Assembly: GCA_012295275.1 (NCBI GenBank)
Contig: CM022670.1
Span: forward strand, 38,502,001-38,566,000
DNA from: Chrysomallon squamiferum
Taxonomy: Eukaryota; Animalia; Mollusca
Length of the DNA stretch: 64,000 nt
Direction of reading: 5' to 3'
A program made the translations under genes and the position numbers. Under the pieces are notes generated by a model, which saw only the letters and a list, made by a program, of their open reading frames with translations, ran no database searches and was not told where the DNA came from. Shown here in pieces: positions 1-64,000 of this stretch (the first letter of the stretch is position 1; each line of letters opens with the position of its first letter).

Positions 1-3000
1 GCATAGAAACCCTGAGGGTGTCAAATGTACTGTACTGATGATGCATCTGGAAAAACAGAAAAAAAAAAGAAAAAGAAGAATGACATAAATGATGATCTGA
101 CATGCACTTTTGGGGCTTCTGAAATCATCCAGAATGTGTTCAAGGAATATTAATTAATGAATATTAATGATGCATTTTAATATTAATGGTCTTGAGATCT
201 ATCATCCAAGTACAGAAATGTGAAAGACAACTGAACACAGCTATGTTAGACATTTTTGTTTTTTACTGTGATGGTAAAAACAACCAGACTATATAATTCA
301 GCTGTAAGCTTAATTTGGGTAAATTGTTAGATGCAACAACTTTGCCGTGTAATATGTTAAATTCTATAAAATTTTTAAAATCTTGACATTTCTGTCTGTT
401 CCTTTTTTTCTTTCTTTCTTTTTTTTTTTTTAATTTAAATATAGAGAAATTATAAAAAAATATATATATATAAAAAAAATACAAGTTTTTATGATTAAAC
501 CTTTCTTTTTTTTTCTTTTTCAATTTTCACATTTCATTTTTTTTTATATCTCATCTGCCGCAGTTGTCTTCCTGATTTTGTACAATAAATTGCAAAAGTA
601 CTTTTTTTTAAATTTTATTCCATTTCTTTTTTTTTTTAAATGATCAGACACTCAAAATGTATACTTGTAAAAATAGAAATTTTAGAAACCAAAAAAGAAC
701 AAGCAATAGGTTAATGGTTAAACATAAAGCTCTACACCATTCCTTTTTTTTTTTGTAACCAGCACTCTAGTTTATCAAAGCCATGGTATGTACTCTCCTG
801 TCTTTTGTGAAAGTCCACATAATTCATAAAAAATAATAAAAATAAAACCAGACTTGATGCTAAAAGAAGATAACTCCATAACAGGACAAAACTGTATTTT
901 TTTTTGTTTTTACCTAATTGTACAACAGATAGGTCTTGCTGCAGATCCTAATTCTGATCTAGTTGTTGAGTAAAAAGAAAAATGACTTAAAACATACAAG
1001 ATTGCATAATACTTAAGTAAGATGATGTTATTGAGACTGAAGTACCGCACTGAAGCAGGATTTAATTGTGGATTAATTGCTTGTTGAGATGATTTATTTA
1101 AGTCTTTGTGGACAAAGTAGGAAAGAGGAAAGGAAGTAGGTAATATCAGGAAGTAAGTTGAGCTATGACAATACACATTTCTCTTCGACTCAGCTTAATA
1201 ATCCATTAAACATGTCTTTAATTAATCGTCTCTGACACTAAGTGTGCAGTTTGTAATGTCCTGAGGACAACAAGCCAGACTTTTATTTGATCTCTGGTGT
1301 TCTTTTTTCCCTGTTGTTTTTAAAAAAAACAAAATGGGGGGGGAAAGAAAAGATAATAAAAAAATTTACCTTCAGTGCATTAAACAGGATGATGATCTTT
1401 TGTATGTTTGCCCATGTGTGTGTTTCTGGGTACGTTGTCATCTTTAATTTATTTGTTTTAAAAAAATTGCTTTTAATATTGACCTCCATGTAAAATGCTT
1501 ATGTAGGGTTATATAATAACAACAGAACAAATAATTAACTGTTTCTTCAGTACTTTCTTTATTTCACAAAAAAGGAACAACCCAAGAATTTAAAAGTCAT
1601 GATTCTGAATGGTTTATACAAGTTACAGGTTTATACTTCAAATTGTTTTTGCTTTTTTATAAATCAAGAAAATAATTATAAGTTCATCTTAACCTCTGTA
1701 CTTTGTTGTATGTGATCAAAGGTCATAAATTTTGAACTGTACTTTATAAAACTTTTTCATCTTGCAAAATAATCTTTCAAGTAAATCATAAACCATTGCA
1801 TTACATTTCAGTAATGAGTTTATTTTTCTTCTGTTTTTCCTTTTTTTTTTATTTATTTTTCTTTTCTTTTATTTATTTATTCATATTTTGAAGTTTTTCT
1901 CCATTTATAATTAACAAAGGCTCATTATGTTATTAATTCAAGTATTGAGTTTTTGGCACATTTACTTCGAAATATTTGGCACTTTGGCTAAGTTAATTTC
2001 CTACCTTAATTTAGGAGCTCTAACTTTTTGCTTGAAAACAGAAATCAGGGTTTAAAAACCCCCACTTACTACTTATTTTTTGTTTTGTTTGTGGAGAGGA
2101 TAAAGCAAATATTTAGAATATTTTTTTATTTTATTTTATTTTTTTTTTTTTAATAATGTAGGTTCTTCATATTCATCTTAAAATGTTCAAAGTAAGCTAT
2201 TTAATTCAGTGGTATTTTAATTTGTTTAAAGTTATTGTTGATATAAATATCATACTTTGAAAACTTTACAAATCTTCTTTACTATATAAAGACTTAATTC
2301 ACTGTGTGTATATTTTAAGAAAGATTTGAAAAGATTACCTGTATGAAATTTAAAATAAATTATTATTTCAGGAGATTTATTTATAAATATTAAGTCATTT
2401 TCATTTGCTGTTGTTATTGTTACTGAATCATATTCCCAGTTACTATTTTGGTTAAGAGCAAAGGGATGGGGGGTGGAAAAGATATTTTCTTTACATCTGT
2501 CCTTTCTCTGTTTTTCATTTTTCTTTTTACTAGTATACATTTATGATTTTTTAATGAGAAAAAATTTGATTATCGATATTTAGTGCTAGAAGGATTTTAA
2601 AATTCTCAGTTTCAAAGTGGCAAATAAGATGCTGAATTTTTTTTTTTTTTTTTTTTTTTTGCCCTCTAAATGTTGGAAGTTGAAAAAGATTATAGGAAAA
2701 TCATGGAAGATAGGACAATAGCATGTCATGCTGCCATGGCAACCATTATGTCATAGTAGCAAACAACTGCCAGTCAGCCATTCACAATCAACCATAGCAT
2801 AAAGGTCAGATGAGTCTTGCAAATGAATACTAGACTTGCATCAGACTTTTTCACTGAAAAATCTCTACATCTGCAATAGTGTTGTTGTGTCCAGAAAAAT
2901 CAATTTTTGTTTTTCTCACTGAGGCCTTAATGGCTATTTGTGAACACAGAGTTGAAGTATTGTGAAAACTGGACTTTGTGCTGGGAGAGGGGTAGGGGTG

Positions 3001-3207
3001 TGGGGAAGGTTTCATTTCAGTTAATACATGTACATTAACCATTGTGGTGAAACTACCTGGCATTTTTCTATTTTTTTTAACACTTTAAAAACATTTTTTT
3101 TTTTGTAAATAATCTTGTATTTTATAATTTTTTTAAAATAAGAAGTGAACTAGTTCATTATTTCACACCAACAAATTCCTAAGACTGAGCTAGATTTCAA
3201 AACTGAA

Positions 3208-3238
<31 letters not shown>

Positions 3239-3941
3239 AAGAAAAAGTTGTGTGGAAATCCACTAACATTCAAACCAATATTGATTAAATTCTTTAAAAA
3301 TTAAACTTGTGATGTAACTTAGCACTGAAAGATTTGTTTATGTGGACAGTAAATATTTAATTCATTTACAACAGGTATGAAAATTGTTGACTGCCTTTTC
3401 ATGAAGATTTTCTGTAAAAATGAGGAAAAAACTGTTCTCTGCCACCCATAAAAACTAGGGGAGGGTGACAAAAACAAACTTGCTCTCTGAAGAATAAAAT
3501 ATTTTTCCTGCAAGACTATTTTTACATAATGTCAGTAACACATTCTGTTAGATAAATGAGTACAAGTATATAAGTAAACTTTAAAAACTGATATTTTCAA
3601 AAATGAAATTGTCTCTTTAGTCTAGAGATTCCTGTTGTGTTTTTTGAGGGATTTTTGTTTGTTCCTTATTTTATTTTTGTTTTTTTAAATTTGTTTATAT
3701 TGATTTTTTCATTTGTTTCATTTATATTTTATTTTATTCTTGTTTTATTTTATTTCTTATTTATTTATTTATTATTTTATTACTATTTTATTTTATTGTT
3801 ATTATTATTACTTTTGTGTATGTGTGTATGTGTGTGTATTTTGTTTTGGTTTCACAGTAGTTATTATTGTTACAACTTTTTATAAAACTAGGTTTTAAAA
3901 GTAAATCTTTTAGTAATGTTGAATTATTTTTATTGTTTCAG

Positions 3942-61509
<57,568 letters not shown>

Positions 61510-62212
61510 AATTAAATTATTATTTCTATTACTATTATTATTTATGTAAGTTATGGACGCGAATGAGATATATTATGAGCAGTTGATACTACTAGAAAAT
61601 ACAAAAAAAAAAAAATTATATTTTTTTTTATTTTTTTTTTTTTTATTTATTTTTTTTTTTTTTTTTTGAGGCCAGACATCCCCATATTACCAAAGGACTT
61701 GGCAAACATTTTTCAGTTGCGTGCAGTAGTTCTTGCCTGCTTTGTTTTTTCGTTTGTTTGGGCTACGCATGAAATTATAATTTTTTTATTTATTTATTTA
61801 ATTTAATTTTTTTTTTTTTTTTTTTCACTGCCGTTTATTTGATGTTTTTATTTATTTATTTATTTATTTATAGGAATTTTATTTTATTTTTTTATTATTA
61901 TTATTTTTTAATTAAAAAATCTTGCCTGTGTAACAAAAAGACAATGTTATAACCGTAACTGCGACGTGGTTTTTTTTTTTGTTTGTTTTTTTTTAAAAAT
62001 AAAATTTAAAAATAAATTAAACGTGATAAACTAAGTTAACACAATGCTTCCACTACTCTCTCCTGGTCCTTTGGTTATGCAGATTCTTGGCCCTCAAAAC
62101 ATCAGGATTGTTTGATAAAAAAAAAAAAAAAAAAAAGAGAGAAACAAAAAAGAAATAGTCTTCAAGCCAAACACTGTTCTTTGTAGATTTTAGGAGCTAA
62201 TCTTTTTAAAAA

Positions 62213-62250
<38 letters not shown>

Positions 62251-64000
62251 GCTTCAATTAACATTAACCATACTATAGTTTTCAGTATGCATGTGTTTCT
62301 CATTTGACACAAGTCAGTCAACAATTCTTAAGACTGGCTCAAGTGTGTTCCTTCATAAACAAAATAATTAACATTAATAGCCAATTCCTTTTGAAACAAA
62401 ACAAATTTTCCTTTATATAATAACAAACATTATCAATTTTTTTTTTTTTTAGTGTGGGATATTTTTTTTTTCTCTCTCTCTCTCATGTGTAACACATTTT
62501 TTAAATTATTATTTTTGTTATTAATATTATTATTTATATATATATATAAATATATAGATATATATATATATATATAGCATTTGGCTTCAAGATTATTTCT
62601 TGCTCTGGCTAAGCCAAGCTTTTATTTATTTTTACTTTTTTTTTCTGAGAGTTGTGCACGCTATAAGAGAGTTATTTTATAACCCAAACTGGACCTTTCA
62701 GTTGGGACTGCTTACTCAAGATGTGGGCACCCTTTCAGGGCCCCGTCAAGCACTCTCTACTCTTTGATTGCACAGTGCGTTGTCAACTGTACAGACATTT
62801 TTGAAAAATGAAAATTTAAAATTTAAAAAAAAAATCTCTTACCTATCTGAACTGCTTCTTCATTCAAGCTATTTCCTGAAGCAATGTCCCTATGTGTGTG
62901 TTTGTTTTTATTTATGTGTTTGTGTGAAATATCTTTAATGCAAATCCATGGTTACTTTCAGGAACTGGCTTGAAAAGTTGGATGCAGTTTTTTTTTTTTT
63001 TTTTTTTTTTTCAAATTAAAGATATACATATTTATATATATGTATATATATCTATAAAAATATGACAATGTAAATATGTATTTAAGAAAGAAAAAAAAAA
63101 AGAAATAGTTGTAAACATTTTCCAGAAGGGGTTATTATGATAAATAATGTTATTTTGTTGTTGTTTTGTTTGTAGATCACTGCTTTAAACAAACAAAAAA
63201 AAAAAAGAGAAAAAAGTGCAAGTGGTTATCATTTCTTAACATTTCTTTATTGCTGTAATATTTCATTTGATAAGAAATTTTTTATTTTTTATTTTTTTTT
63301 TTATATATTGTATATCAGATAATGTAAAGCTACTTATTTTCTCTGGGAACAAAATTTGGAGTTTTTAAATTAATTTTGTAGTTGTTCGGCAACAATAAGT
63401 GTGCTCACTATTTGTTTATTTTTTATTATTATTTTATATATGTATAGACACACATACCTACATGTATATATTTTATAATCTCTCAAGGCATTGCAAAATA
63501 AAGGTCTAAAAATTGTAGATGATTTTCAAAAAAAAACAATTTTATAAGATTAGGTTGCAGGGAAATTGTTAAGAAAATAATAATAATAAAATAAAACTGT
63601 AGATTAGATAATACTATTATATATCTACCATCATTTTGAAACTGCCTTTAAGTGAACACATTTCAAGGCTTAACAAAATAAGGGTTGGGCATAATAATAT
63701 CTTTTCATGAACTTTTGATATCTAATGAAACAAAAATTATTTTAAAAAAAACAAAAACAAATTATTATTTAATATATTTGATAACTTCAAAAAAAACAAA
63801 GGAAACAAAGATCTTTAAAAAAAAAAAATTATTATTATTTTTTTTTTTTAAATTAAATTTTTCACTGTTGCTCAAACCTATCAATACATAAACAAACCAA
63901 ATTGAGATTTCAGTTCTGTTCTTTCATATCTTTTTTTTTTTTTTTTTGCAAGAAAGCGTCAACTGTTTGATATTAAAAATAGTAATTTGTATGTTTGTGT
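61510..64000 (+). other. Probable 3' UTR / downstream region of Ssdp (end not determinable)
   Basis: Follows the stop codon and is U-rich. It has several AATAAA hexamers (one overlaps the stop at 61505-61510), so the cleavage site cannot be chosen from sequence alone. Confidence 0.55.

Noticed and set aside
37-100. ATGATGA/CTGA box C/D-like words
   Set aside because: No terminal stem, suitable spacing or guide sequence; expected by chance.
1-3941. Search for LisH/LUFS-domain exons of Ssdp
   Set aside because: No LUFS-like coding segment (e.g. WWCVFWDLY) was seen; those exons must lie upstream of the window.
63041-63470. Pumilio-type TGTAHATA motifs at 63041, 63069 and 63463
   Set aside because: They are frequent by chance in TA-rich sequence, and the extent of the UTR is unknown.

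Overview
This is very AT-rich, microsatellite-rich animal genomic DNA, not prokaryotic. A mollusc, possibly a cephalopod, is my low-to-moderate-confidence inference. The window holds the 3' part of one intron-rich plus-strand gene of the Ssdp/SSBP2-3-4 family (LDB1/Chip cofactor). I traced 13 GT-AG coding exons from 3942 to the stop at 61509; their phases join into one open frame of 954 nt (317 aa plus stop). The protein is Pro/Gly/Met-rich and ends in the invertebrate-type tail ESAAILKIKESMQEEAKRFEKD. The N-terminal LisH/LUFS exons lie upstream of the window. Apart from a few entries overlapping these exons, the ORF track is low-complexity noise. The most interesting unexplained structure is in the 32.8-kb intron (18156-50960). 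It contains (i) several well-bounded minus-strand exon candidates suggesting a nested antisense spliced RNA next to a CpG-rich patch, (ii) a cluster of plus-strand poison or alternative micro-exon candidates after a ~300-nt pyrimidine tract, and (iii) many enhancer-like islands. In-frame alternative splice sites flank several exons, and there are several intronic minisatellites. All non-coding calls are read by eye and untested.
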